Shown here: positions 1-9,213 of the stretch, one piece after another
Position numbering within the stretch: position 1 is the first letter of the stretch
Layout of the letters: every line of letters begins with the position of its first letter
NCBI GenBank assembly: GCA_036479435.1
Contig: JAZGFI010000075.1
Coordinates: 1-22,862, forward strand
Reading direction: 5' to 3'
DNA from: Planctomycetota bacterium
GTDB lineage: Bacteria > Planctomycetota > GCA-002687715 > DRQF01
Length of the DNA stretch: 22,862 nt
Made by a program: the position numbers and the translations under genes
The notes under the pieces: generated by a model
What the model was told of the DNA's origin: nothing
The model's input: only the letters and a program-made list of their open reading frames with translations
Databases searched by the model: none

Positions 1-1
1 G

Positions 2-964
2 CACCAGCGGAACTCTCTCGATGACCCATCCCATCGCGTAGTTGGAGATGCCCTTGTCGTAGAGTTTTTCACGACTGGCCTTAGACAAGACGCTGTCGTT
101 GCGCAGAGCACGATCCCAACGGAAAAGATCAGCGACCGTCGAGTACATGGCTCCTGCCGCATAAGTGACGGACATGTCCACGTAGGGGGCACGGCGCCAT
201 GAATTAAGGACTCGTTGGTGTCCCGTTGCTCGCCGGGGCAAGATCTTGTTGCTTTGGTCGAGCCCGGTGTCCTTAAGTCCCGCCGGTTTGAGCACGCGTT
301 TCTGGAGGGCGTCCGCGAAGGACTGCCCCGTGACTTTCTCGATGATCCGCCCGAGGATGAAATACCCACTATTGCAGTATCGGAACTCCTTGCCGGGCTC
401 GAACTCAAGGTCGCCGCTGCAGTCGGAGTTCACGAACTCGGCGGGAACCACGGTCGCTCGCGAGCTAATCTGAGCGAAATCCTCACGTTCGGTGTAACTT
501 GGAATGCCCGACGAATGCTGGAGCAGATTTCGGATCGAGACTTTGGCACCCGTGTCCGCTCGATAGTCAGGCAAGTAGTCGACGATCTTTTTGTCGAGAT
601 TGAGTTTCTCTTCCTCGACGAGCTTCAGCACCAAGGCCGCGGTGAAACTCTTCGTGATGGAGGCAATCCGATGGTGCGTCTGGGCGCCGTTTTTGAGATT
701 CCACTCGCGGTTCGCAAGTCCGTAGCCTTTTTCCACCAGGATGCGCCCTTGGCGGGCGACCAGAACACTGCCACAAAAGTGGCCATGCTGAGCGGCCGCG
801 TCGAGATAGGTCTCGATGCGTTTGCGCAGCGCTTCATCTTCGGCGGCGGCCGGAGCCGCGACGTCTTGGGCCTCGGTGCTGACGACAAGGCCCACGAGCA
901 GCATTTTGAACAAGAGCGCAAGGCTGAGCATCTTGATTGGCAGGGCCAAAGTGGTGGTCGGCAT
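2..964 (-). CDS. Serine hydrolase, beta-lactamase/AmpC-like family, secreted; 3' end runs off the window
   Basis: Not in the ORF track because there is no stop in the window. Manual translation from ATG 964 (GGAG upstream): MPTTTLALPIKMLSLALLFKMLLVGLVVSTEAQ...GSVLVARQGRILVEKGYGLANREW...RIASITKSFT (SxxK)...LLQHSSGIP...FEPGKEFRYCNSGYFILG (YxN)...AAGAMYSTVADLFRW. ORF 215..1069 + is its antisense shadow. Confidence 0.93.
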   Translation of the reverse strand, partial: MPTTTLALPIKMLSLALLFKMLLVGLVVSTEAQDVAAPAAAEDEALRKRIETYLDAAAQHGHFCGSVLVARQGRILVEKGYGLANREWNLKNGAQTHHRIASITKSFTAALVLKLVEEEKLNLDKKIVDYLPDYRADTGAKVSIRNLLQHSSGIPSYTEREDFAQISSRATVVPAEFVNSDCSGDLEFEPGKEFRYCNSGYFILGRIIEKVTGQSFADALQKRVLKPAGLKDTGLDQSNKILPRRATGHQRVLNSWRRAPYVDMSVTYAAGAMYSTVADLFRWDRALRNDSVLSKASREKLYDKGISNYAMGWVIERVPLV

Positions 965-1078
965 GAATGTCGGCTCCGAGGGATTTCGACCCATTCTGGC
1001 AGTTCTTTAGGGATTGGACGAGGACTTAGGCCTCAGCTATTATCCTGCCTTCGCTCCCAAGCCCTTTGAGGTGCCATT

Positions 1079-2614
1079 TTGGCCACGAGTTTGACGATCC
1101 AGATTCCTTCACCTTTGCTCCGTTACTCGGAGGGTCAAACGAGTCTGGACGTTGAGGCCCAAACCGTGGGGGCGGCCTTGGATGCGCTGTTTGCGGTCTT
1201 TCCGGGCTTGGCGTCGCGCGTTCTCGACAAAAACGGCAACATCCCACCCTACTTGATCCTGTTACACGCTGGTGAGGTGCTGGCGCGAGACGACTTTCGC
1301 GACCATGTCGTCCAAGCGGGTGATTTACTAGACATCATTCCCGCGGTCGAGGGCGGGAACAGCTCCGGCGACGATGTCCGCATGCGTGGATTCAGAAAAC
1401 GAGCCACCGTCGCCGAGGCCCGCAGCGAAGCGATGGCCGGGCTCAGCTGGCGCAGCGAAACATTGGCTATTGCCGAGGCGGCGGGGCGCGTCCTCGCCTC
1501 GGACGTCGCTTCGCAAATCGACGTGCCAACTTTTGACCGTTCCGCCATGGATGGCTTCGCCCTTTGCGGCGAGGACAGTTTTGGCGCCACGCTCTACGAC
1601 CCGGTTCGTCTCGAACTGGTTGGCGAAGTCATGCCGGGGATGGAGAAACTTCCAAGCCTCGCTCGCGGCCAAGCGCTGCGCATCATGACCGGCGCGCCGA
1701 TCCCTCCCGGCGCCGATGCGGTCTTGATGGCGGAGGACGCCAAAGAAGAACAAGGGGCCGTGTTGGTCCAAGCACCCGTGACACCGGGCAAGAACGTCGG
1801 GCGCCGCGGCGAAGACATCTGTGCGGGCGAAACTTTGCTCAGTGCGGGTCGAAAGTTGCGGCCTCAAGATGTCGGGCTCTTGGCGAGTATCGGAGCGGCC
1901 GTAGTTGAGGTGATTGCGAAACCTCGCGCCGCGATTTTGGTGACGGGCAATGAGCTATTGCCCCCAGGTGAAACGCCGGGGCCTGGCCGAGTGGTCGATA
2001 GCAACACGCCGATGTTGCGGGCATTGATGGAGGCCGATGGCGCTGAAGTCGTCTTGGAGTTTCGCCTTGCTGACGAGCCGGACATCATCGCCCGGGCACT
2101 GGTGCGGAGTGAAGTCGAGATTTTGGTCGCGGCGGGGGGCTCATCGGTCGGTCGCGAAGATTGGCTGCCTGTGTTAACCCGTGAGTACGGCGAGCTGCCG
2201 ATCCACGGCATTGCCATGCGGCCTTCTTCTCCGACCGGTATTGGTCGGGTCGATGACAAAAAGGTGTTCTTGTTGCCGGGAAATCCCGTTTCTTGCCTCG
2301 CCGCCTACGACTTTTTCGCTGGGCCGGCGATTCGCTTTCTCAGTGGCCTTGAACCGGGTTGGCCTTACCCTCGCGAGACCCGTCGCTTGGCGAGGCGGGT
2401 TAGTTCGCAAGTGGGGCGCCTCGACTACCTTCGCGTCAAAATCGAAACCGATGGCCGCGTGGTGCCGCTGGCCTTGTCCGGCGCGGCGATCTTGTCGTCG
2501 ACGACTCGCGCCGACGCCTTCGCAATCATCCCCGCTGATTCCGAAGGCTTCGATGAAGGCAAAGAGATCGAGGTCTTTTTCTACGACCGGCGCCACGTGG
2601 ACGGTCGAGCGTGA
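1079..2614 (+). CDS. moeA: MoaD/ThiS ubiquitin-like sulfur carrier fused N-terminally to gephyrin-like molybdopterin molybdo/tungsto-transferase MoeA
   Basis: GAGGTG RBS before TTG. aa1-93 are beta-grasp-like and end GDLLDIIPAVEGG. MoeA motifs follow: DRSAMDGFA, IMTGAPIPPGADAVLMAED, TGNEL, GGSSVG, LPGNPVS. Confidence 0.93.
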   Translation: MATSLTIQIPSPLLRYSEGQTSLDVEAQTVGAALDALFAVFPGLASRVLDKNGNIPPYLILLHAGEVLARDDFRDHVVQAGDLLDIIPAVEGGNSSGDDVRMRGFRKRATVAEARSEAMAGLSWRSETLAIAEAAGRVLASDVASQIDVPTFDRSAMDGFALCGEDSFGATLYDPVRLELVGEVMPGMEKLPSLARGQALRIMTGAPIPPGADAVLMAEDAKEEQGAVLVQAPVTPGKNVGRRGEDICAGETLLSAGRKLRPQDVGLLASIGAAVVEVIAKPRAAILVTGNELLPPGETPGPGRVVDSNTPMLRALMEADGAEVVLEFRLADEPDIIARALVRSEVEILVAAGGSSVGREDWLPVLTREYGELPIHGIAMRPSSPTGIGRVDDKKVFLLPGNPVSCLAAYDFFAGPAIRFLSGLEPGWPYPRETRRLARRVSSQVGRLDYLRVKIETDGRVVPLALSGAAILSSTTRADAFAIIPADSEGFDEGKEIEVFFYDRRHVDGRA

Positions 2615-4596
2615 AACAGCGTCAGTTCTTAGACGTCGTCACGGACGAAGAGGCGCAGCGCCGCATCGCCGAAGTCTTCCAAGGCATGGTGCCCTGCGGT
2701 GAGATGCTGCCCCTCAACGAGTGCTTGGGCCGCGTCTTATTTGAGGACGTAAGCGCCGCGGTCGATGTCCCGGGTTTTGATCGCGCGGACATGGACGGAT
2801 TTGCCCTGCATGCGGTCGACACTTTCGGAGCCGAAGAACTCGCACCGAAGCGCTTGAAGGTTTCGCGCCATCAGATCGCCGCCGGCTCGGCGGATCTGCC
2901 CGCCGACTTCTCCTTAGAACCGGGTGCAGCGATTTCAATCGCAACTGGTGGCACTTTGCCCCGCGGGGCGAACGCCGTCTTGATGATTGAAGACTCCGCG
3001 CCGGTGGTTGACGGTGACAATAGCGGTGACGAGATCGACGTATTTCATCCGGTCGCCCCCGGAGCGAATCTTACGGGGGCCGGCACTGACGTCGGTCGCG
3101 GCGAGATGATCTTGCGTGCGGGCCAAATCCTTGGGTCTCGTGAGACAGCCCTAGCGGCAGCGGTTGGTGCGCATGAGCTGTGTGCTTTTGCCGCGCCTAA
3201 AGTTGCGATCATCTCGACGGGCGATGAATTGCGCCGCCCCGGAGAAGACTTGGGGCCCGGTGAAATCTACGACTCCAATGGCCGCATCCTCGCCGACGCG
3301 GTACGCGAGATGGGCGGCGAAGCCTGTGAACTCGGCATCGTGCCCGATGACGAGAAGAAGCTCAGCGCTTGTCTAAGGGAAGCCCTCCGAGACTCAGACT
3401 TAATCTTGATGTCGGGTGGGACGTCGAAAGGCGCTGGCGACCTCAACTATCGTGTCGTGCGTGCCTTGGCCCAAGAGCTGCCAAACTCGCGAGGCATTGT
3501 CGTTCACGGCGTCGCCTTAAAGCCCGGCAAGCCTCTTTGTGTCGCCGAAGTCGCCGGCCGTCCGCTGGTGATCTTGCCGGGTTTCCCAACCTCGGCGATC
3601 TTCACTTTCCATGAGTTCGTCTCCTCGCACCTTCGATTTGCCGCTGGCCGCCGCGAGCATTCGGCGGAGTACGTCGAAGCCTACGCGCCGCTGCGCCTGC
3701 CCAGCGCGAAAGGGCGAACGGAGTACATGCTGGTCGATCTCGTGCCCGGCGATCAAGGCTTGGCGGCCTATCCTTTGGGCCGCGGTTCCGGCAGTGTCAG
3801 CACTTTTTCGGCGGCCGATGGTTTCATTCGCATTGATCGTCACACTGAGTTCGTAGCGGAAGGCGAGCGCCTTTTGGTGCGACCCTTGGGCGATCAAGTC
3901 CGGCGACCCGACCTCGTCGCCATCGGTAGTCATTGCCTCGGATTGGACTATTTGTTGAGCGTCTTAAGTCGGCGTGGTTACAGCGTGAAGGCCATCAACG
4001 TTGGGTCTCAGGGCGGACTGAACGCGCTCGCGCGCGGCGAAGGCGACCTCGCAGGAACCCACCTTCTGGATGCGACAACCGGGGAGTACAACCGCTCTTT
4101 TCTTCCCGAGAACACCGAGATCCTAGGAGGATGGCGGCGGCGACAAGGTTTGGTATTTCGCCGCGGCGACGCTCGATTTGAAAGTCTCGCCGCCGACCTA
4201 AGCCGACTCGCCGACCTGGTGCGCGAACCCGGCGTGGTGATGGTGAACCGCAATCCGGGCAGTGGCACTCGCGTGTTGATTGATCGTTTTCTTAGCGCGG
4301 GCGCTGAAACTAAAAGCCCGCCCGAGGGCTTTCACGCCCTAGCCCGCAGCCACCACGCCGTGGCTGCCGCCGTGGTCCAAGGTCGGGCAGACTGGGGCAT
4401 AACGCTCCAATCCTTGGCTCAAGAGCAAGGCCTCGAATTCGTCTTTGTGCAAGACGAGATCTTCGAACTCGCCTTTCCCGCGTCGAGGGCCCAGCGCCCA
4501 GCTATCCTGGCGCTGCGCAAGATCTTGGCCGAATCCGAAGTTCAAGCAAAACTAAAAAACCTGCTATACGGAGTCAGACTAAATTCTCCCGCTTAA
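2611..4596 (+). CDS. moeA: MoeA fused to C-terminal PBP (periplasmic-binding-protein-like) domain
   Basis: GTGA overlap with the upstream gene. MoeA motifs DRADMDGFA, STGDEL, SGGTSKG, HGVALKPGKP, LPGFPTSA. PBP motifs GSHCLGLD, VGSQGGL, GTHLLD, NRNPGSGTR. Paired moeA genes are typical of tungsten-AOR loci. Confidence 0.93.
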   Translation: MKQRQFLDVVTDEEAQRRIAEVFQGMVPCGEMLPLNECLGRVLFEDVSAAVDVPGFDRADMDGFALHAVDTFGAEELAPKRLKVSRHQIAAGSADLPADFSLEPGAAISIATGGTLPRGANAVLMIEDSAPVVDGDNSGDEIDVFHPVAPGANLTGAGTDVGRGEMILRAGQILGSRETALAAAVGAHELCAFAAPKVAIISTGDELRRPGEDLGPGEIYDSNGRILADAVREMGGEACELGIVPDDEKKLSACLREALRDSDLILMSGGTSKGAGDLNYRVVRALAQELPNSRGIVVHGVALKPGKPLCVAEVAGRPLVILPGFPTSAIFTFHEFVSSHLRFAAGRREHSAEYVEAYAPLRLPSAKGRTEYMLVDLVPGDQGLAAYPLGRGSGSVSTFSAADGFIRIDRHTEFVAEGERLLVRPLGDQVRRPDLVAIGSHCLGLDYLLSVLSRRGYSVKAINVGSQGGLNALARGEGDLAGTHLLDATTGEYNRSFLPENTEILGGWRRRQGLVFRRGDARFESLAADLSRLADLVREPGVVMVNRNPGSGTRVLIDRFLSAGAETKSPPEGFHALARSHHAVAAAVVQGRADWGITLQSLAQEQGLEFVFVQDEIFELAFPASRAQRPAILALRKILAESEVQAKLKNLLYGVRLNSPA

Positions 4597-4663
4597 TTAG
4601 GTCAGACCTAATTAAGCGGGAGAATTTAGTCTGACTCAAAAAAGCGGGAGAATTTAGTCTGAC
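4571..4663. repeat. Perfect 33-bp-arm inverted repeat plus a third 22-bp copy, REP-like, between convergent genes
   Basis: 4571-4603 GAGTCAGACTAAATTCTCCCGCTTAATTAGGTC is the exact reverse complement of 4605-4637. AAGCGGGAGAATTTAGTCTGAC occurs at 4614-4635 and 4642-4663. Confidence 0.9.
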
Positions 4664-4673
4664 GCGGTATATC

Positions 4674-5579
4674 CTATCTTCTCCCGCCGTCCAGTTTTCC
4701 GTCTGACAACCCGGCGGCATTGCGGACCAATCGCGCGATCGCCGACAGGTCTTCGTCGCCAAATCCTGCATCGATCAGTTCGTCTTCGCTGGTCGCCATT
4801 TGACTCGCGACGGGAAGTTCCACGCCGGTGTCGGCGGCGGCATCTAACGCGATCCTTAGATCTTTTCGGTGGAGGCTGACTCGAAATCCCAAGGGGTATT
4901 GGTTGTCGATCATGTTGCCGGCGCGTTGCTGGAGTACCCAAGAGGCAGCGGCGCCGCCGCCGATCGCCTCTACGACGCGCTCGGGATCAACTCCTAGCTT
5001 GTGGGCCAAGACCATGCCTTCCGCGACGGCTTGGTAGGTGCCTGAGATGACCACCTGGTTGACGGCCTTGGCGACTTGGCCGGCTCCACTGGGGCCAACG
5101 TGCGTGATCGTTGTGCCGACGGCTTCGAGTACGGGGCGGGCGCGTTCAAAGTCGGTTTCCGAGCCACCGCACATAATGGCGAGCGTGGCGTTCTGAGCAC
5201 CTTCTGAACCGCCAGAGACGGGGGCATCAACGAAGGCGATCTGCCGTTTGGCGCAAGTCGCGGCCAATCTTCGAGTCGCGTCGGGGGCCACCGTCGAGCA
5301 ATCGATGATCAGCCCACCGTCGGCGATCCCCGCTAACAGCCCGCGTTCAGCATCGAGCACGACTTCTTCTAAGTCGGGCGTGTCCGAGACGCAGATCAAA
5401 ACGGCATCGCAGATCTTCGCCAGCTCTTTTGGCGACGCGGCGCGTTTCGCGCCGACAGCGGCCAAGGCCTCTTCTCGCTCGCGGGTTCGGTTGTGAACCA
5501 CCAGGTCAAATCCGGACTTCAACAAGTTGTGGGCCATGGGCGTTCCCATGGTCCCAAGTCCTAAGACGCCAATTTTCAC
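4674..5579 (-). CDS. NAD(P)-dependent beta-hydroxyacid dehydrogenase (3-hydroxyisobutyrate DH / tartronate- or succinic-semialdehyde reductase family)
   Basis: GVLGLGTMG Rossmann motif, DAPVSGG, catalytic-Lys region GAGQVAKAVNQ, and F-x6-KDL. Confidence 0.93.
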   Translation of the reverse strand: MKIGVLGLGTMGTPMAHNLLKSGFDLVVHNRTREREEALAAVGAKRAASPKELAKICDAVLICVSDTPDLEEVVLDAERGLLAGIADGGLIIDCSTVAPDATRRLAATCAKRQIAFVDAPVSGGSEGAQNATLAIMCGGSETDFERARPVLEAVGTTITHVGPSGAGQVAKAVNQVVISGTYQAVAEGMVLAHKLGVDPERVVEAIGGGAAASWVLQQRAGNMIDNQYPLGFRVSLHRKDLRIALDAAADTGVELPVASQMATSEDELIDAGFGDEDLSAIARLVRNAAGLSDGKLDGGRR

Positions 5580-5614
5580 GGTGTTTTCTCGCCAATTCTG
5601 AATGGGGGTAAACG

Positions 5615-6502
5615 TCAGTCCAACTGCGATCGCATTTCCCGCAACTCGCGGCGGCGGTCGTCGCTTACTTGAGGGTACTGAGGGTCGAGGTCCTTTAGGG
5701 CCTCCACGATGATCTTAGCCACTTGCAGTCGCATGAAGGGCTTGTCGTCGGCAGGGATCGCGAACCAAGGCGCATGTTCGCGGGACGTTTGGCCCAAAGC
5801 GTCTTCGTAGGCCCGCATGTAAGCGTTCCAATGCGCGCGTTCTTTGACGTCACTTTCGGAGAACTTCCAGTTTTTGTCGGGTTCATCAATGCGGGACAGA
5901 AAGCGTTGCCGTTGTTCTTCCTTTGAAACATTGAGGAAGAATTTCAAGATGCGCGTGCCGTTTTTCGCCAAGTGTCTTTCGTGATCGCGGATGGACTCGA
6001 ATCGTTGATCCCAAAGATCTTGCCCCAGGTCGAGCCCGGGGATGCGCTGGTACTTCAGGTACTCCGGGTGGACTCGAACCACGAGCACCTCTTCGTAGTA
6101 GCTACGGTTGAAGATCCCGATACGCCCGCGCTCAGGCAGTGACTTTGCCGTGCGCCACAAAAAGTCGTGGTCCAGTTCTTCGGCACTGGGTTGCTTGAAA
6201 GAAAAGACCTGGCAGCCAGCGGGGTTAACCGCACCCAAGACCGCGCGAATCGTGCCGTCTTTTCCGGCGGCATCCATGGCCTGGAATACTAAGAGCAAAG
6301 CATGATCATCGCTGGCATAGAGTTTTCGTTGCAGGCTTCTGATTTCGTCTTGGAGTTTCGCGAGATGTTTTTTGCAGTCCTTTTTGCCCGGTGCGCCCGG
6401 CGGCGGCTCCGTGCTCAATCTCCCAAGATCAAAACGACCCTGGGTGGGCACCAAGTAGGGACTATTCAGTGGAGCCGGCATGGAGCGTTCTGAGTGGGGC
6501 AT
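5615..6502 (-). CDS. ppk2: Polyphosphate kinase 2 family (probably class III polyP:nucleotide phosphotransferase)
   Basis: LLVFQAMDAAGKDGTI Walker A, SFKQPSAEELDHDFLWR, IFNRSYYEEVLVVRVH, KNWKFSESD, APWFAIPADDK. Confidence 0.95.
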   Translation of the reverse strand: MPHSERSMPAPLNSPYLVPTQGRFDLGRLSTEPPPGAPGKKDCKKHLAKLQDEIRSLQRKLYASDDHALLLVFQAMDAAGKDGTIRAVLGAVNPAGCQVFSFKQPSAEELDHDFLWRTAKSLPERGRIGIFNRSYYEEVLVVRVHPEYLKYQRIPGLDLGQDLWDQRFESIRDHERHLAKNGTRILKFFLNVSKEEQRQRFLSRIDEPDKNWKFSESDVKERAHWNAYMRAYEDALGQTSREHAPWFAIPADDKPFMRLQVAKIIVEALKDLDPQYPQVSDDRRRELREMRSQLD

Positions 6503-6504
6503 GA

Positions 6505-9102
6505 TCAGTGTTTCTTCAGGACTTGTCTTCGGCGCTTGAAGTCGGCGGCCTCAATCTTGTGCACCACATCGCTAATCCCGTCCTTGGCCTCGACCTTGAT
6601 CTCGAAGGAATCGATCGGAGTCACCCGCCTGGAGTCCGAAGACATCGAGTGAGAAGTTTGCTGCAGGTAACTAAAGCGCAAGAGGTAGCGACCGGCTTCT
6701 GGGAATGATAACTCGGCGGCCCCTTTCTCGTCGAGGACGGCCCTCACTTCGGCTGGTTTCGATTCTGCGCCGCCGAGGAAGGCCGAAAGCGTGATGAAGA
6801 GCGGAGCCTGGGGCCAGTGCTTCGGACCCTTGATCTGAAGGTGGACGCGACAAGGCGGGGCGAGCTTGATGGTCCCCGAGCGCAGCGGACCCGGTTTTCG
6901 GTAGGCCCCTCGCTCATCTGCAGAAACGAAGAGGTCGCTAAGGGGAGAAGCTGCGACCAAGGTCATGACGCCCTTGGCATCGGAGTCCGGAAAGTACCGG
7001 CTCTTTCCCATCTCGGTCGCCTGTACTGTTGCGCCTTCGACAGCGCGGCCTGTGGAATCCACAATCTTGAGCCGGGCCGTCCAGATCCTTGCGCCCAGGG
7101 CTACACGCTGGAGCCGCGAGTCCGTCGATTCTCCCTTGGCGTCAATCTCAATGTCGCTGATCTCAAGAATCGGGGGACTTTTCGATCCCCGATGCTGAAT
7201 GCGAATCGTCGCCAGCCCTGGCCGCAAGCCCGACCAGGCCACGCGGTGTGGGTTCGTCCATTGCCCTCTTTTTTCGGAGTGTGGACCGGCGTCAAAAGGG
7301 TCCCAGGCGGCAGGCACTCCCAGCATCAAGATTTCGATCGCCTTCGGGCCGGGGACTCTTCCGACGAAAGTCATGGCGATCCGGCCTCCCCGCGGCATCG
7401 TCAATCGCAATCCCTCAGTTCCCGGCGCAAGCTCTTCGCTGACGAGCGCGGGGAATCCGGGACGTTCAAAAAAAAGGCGAAAGGGCTCATCGACTACTTG
7501 GCTCAAGAGGCGAAACCTACCCTGTTCGTCAACGCGGGCGGCGATGTCGCTTAGGTCTTCGACGCTTCTTGCTTGACCGAGCGCGACGCGAAGCGTGACG
7601 TTCTGAAGGGCTTGACCCGCATCGTCGACGACCAGTCCTGCCGCTAAGACCGGAAGCTCCTGAAGGACCAAGTCACCGAGGTCGACGCGCGCCGGGAAGG
7701 TGTCGTGCTGCGGCAAAAGGGCCTCCGTACCCCCGCGATGCCCACCGGCGAACCCGGTTTCGATACGCAACGTGGACTGCGCCGCCCGAAGGAGACTGTC
7801 CTCGCAGCCGATTCGGATGAATCCAACAGCATCCGTGCTGCGTATCCCAAGGTCGTGATGGACATCGTGGTTTTTGCCGCCGAGGCCTCGCAAGAGCAAA
7901 TCAGTATGGGCCATGGGCTCGCCCTTGGTATTGAGCACCCGGGCCGTCAGTGTCGATAGCGCTGCACCCAGTTCAAGCTGGTGACGGACCTTGCCTCCAC
8001 TATTCACGGGGCCGTCCAAAACGACGCTGTGGTGTTCACAGCTCTTGTCGGTGGGTCCAACGCATACCACAAATCTCAAGCCCAACGGCAGGTCATCAAA
8101 GCGCACTTCGCGTTGGGGGGTAATGCGCATCCAGGTTGGCCCGTACTCGCTGTTATCTGCAGCAAGAGCGCGCAAAGTAAGAACGACGGTTTTGTCCTTG
8201 GTGTTTTCGGGACCAACCCAACTCAAGATCATGGATGCTCCGCGCGGAAGGCGATGCACGGGAACGGCGTCTTCTGGACGAAGTGGTCGCGCGGTGATCG
8301 GCTGCGGACTGTAGCCCGGGAGCACAATCGAAAATCGTGCATGTGATGACGCGTAGCCGTAGTCCGGTTCGAAGAACCACGCCACTCCATCCTGGTCAGT
8401 TCGCGAGACCATGCGGTCGTAGAATACTCGGGGGTTTAGGTTCGTGGATTGCAGCGTGACGTCCAAACCCTCGCGAGGCTTGCCATCGGCACCTGCAATC
8501 TTGAGCGCATACTGCCGCGACTTGAGCAGTTCGTACTCGACAACCTGTCCAGCATCGTCGTTGAAATAGACCTGTTGCGGGGGCAAATACCCTTCATGCG
8601 CTGTCGCCGCGACTTGGCCTTTGCGCCAAAACCGCGGCAAGGGGCAGTAGCCACGTTCATCCGTCTCGAAGACATCGCCGTACTGAGTGGCCAGGATCAG
8701 AAAGTGGTCGGCCGTGGTCGCTTGATGGTCAAGCGCTTCGCGCGCGGCGCCCGCGTAGGGCAAAAAAGCCACGACCGCTCCGGCGACCCCGCGCTGCCCG
8801 GTGGGATCGAGAATCCTCAATATCGGCCCCCCACGATCCTGAACGACATCAATCCAATCGTCGGGGAACAGCCGCGCGCTGCGGGCGGACTCGAGTTGTC
8901 TGGCACTGAGAGTTCGAGTGCGCCGATGGCCTCGCTCCCCGCTGCGGTCTCGGGGCTTTTCGAATTCATGTTGGTTTTTCGTCTTGGGCGCTAGCCGGTT
9001 TGACGATTCGCTTTCATCATCCGCAGTGATCCACCCAAATAGCCCCAGGCCCCAAAAGGCCAAGCCAATGATGAGCGCGGTGATGAAATGGCGTGCCTGC
9101 AT
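6505..9102 (-). CDS. Membrane-anchored exported protein with repeated carboxypeptidase-regulatory-like beta-sandwich domains; function unknown
   Basis: 865-aa ORF with an N-terminal hydrophobic segment. Recurring G-x-V-x-D-x-x-G-x-P/A...T-D-x-x-G patterns (ARVLNTKGEPM, AGLVVDDAGQAL, KIVDSTGRAVEGATV, TDQDG, TDERG). Confidence 0.75.
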   Translation of the reverse strand: MQARHFITALIIGLAFWGLGLFGWITADDESESSNRLAPKTKNQHEFEKPRDRSGERGHRRTRTLSARQLESARSARLFPDDWIDVVQDRGGPILRILDPTGQRGVAGAVVAFLPYAGAAREALDHQATTADHFLILATQYGDVFETDERGYCPLPRFWRKGQVAATAHEGYLPPQQVYFNDDAGQVVEYELLKSRQYALKIAGADGKPREGLDVTLQSTNLNPRVFYDRMVSRTDQDGVAWFFEPDYGYASSHARFSIVLPGYSPQPITARPLRPEDAVPVHRLPRGASMILSWVGPENTKDKTVVLTLRALAADNSEYGPTWMRITPQREVRFDDLPLGLRFVVCVGPTDKSCEHHSVVLDGPVNSGGKVRHQLELGAALSTLTARVLNTKGEPMAHTDLLLRGLGGKNHDVHHDLGIRSTDAVGFIRIGCEDSLLRAAQSTLRIETGFAGGHRGGTEALLPQHDTFPARVDLGDLVLQELPVLAAGLVVDDAGQALQNVTLRVALGQARSVEDLSDIAARVDEQGRFRLLSQVVDEPFRLFFERPGFPALVSEELAPGTEGLRLTMPRGGRIAMTFVGRVPGPKAIEILMLGVPAAWDPFDAGPHSEKRGQWTNPHRVAWSGLRPGLATIRIQHRGSKSPPILEISDIEIDAKGESTDSRLQRVALGARIWTARLKIVDSTGRAVEGATVQATEMGKSRYFPDSDAKGVMTLVAASPLSDLFVSADERGAYRKPGPLRSGTIKLAPPCRVHLQIKGPKHWPQAPLFITLSAFLGGAESKPAEVRAVLDEKGAAELSFPEAGRYLLRFSYLQQTSHSMSSDSRRVTPIDSFEIKVEAKDGISDVVHKIEAADFKRRRQVLKKH

Positions 9103-9213
9103 GCCGATGGGCTGTCCTGACCGTTGAAGGATTGAATCGTCATCCTACCCGACGCAAAAAAGAGTGCGAAACCGTCTCTGGTTTCGCACTCCTCGTTTGG
9201 GCCAGAAAGGTGG

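Noticed and set aside
215..1069. 284-aa + strand ORF
   Set aside because: Antisense shadow of the minus-strand serine hydrolase, which has clear SxxK and YxN motifs.
965..1078. Moco/Wco riboswitch or ModE/TunR-type operator upstream of moaD-moeA
   Set aside because: Only a CTCCGAG fragment and weak stems are visible, with no convincing multi-stem GNRA architecture or palindrome. An Infernal/Rfam scan would settle it.
4571..4663. CRISPR array
   Set aside because: The units are inverted or separated by only 6 nt, there are no spacer-length unique sequences, and no cas genes are present.
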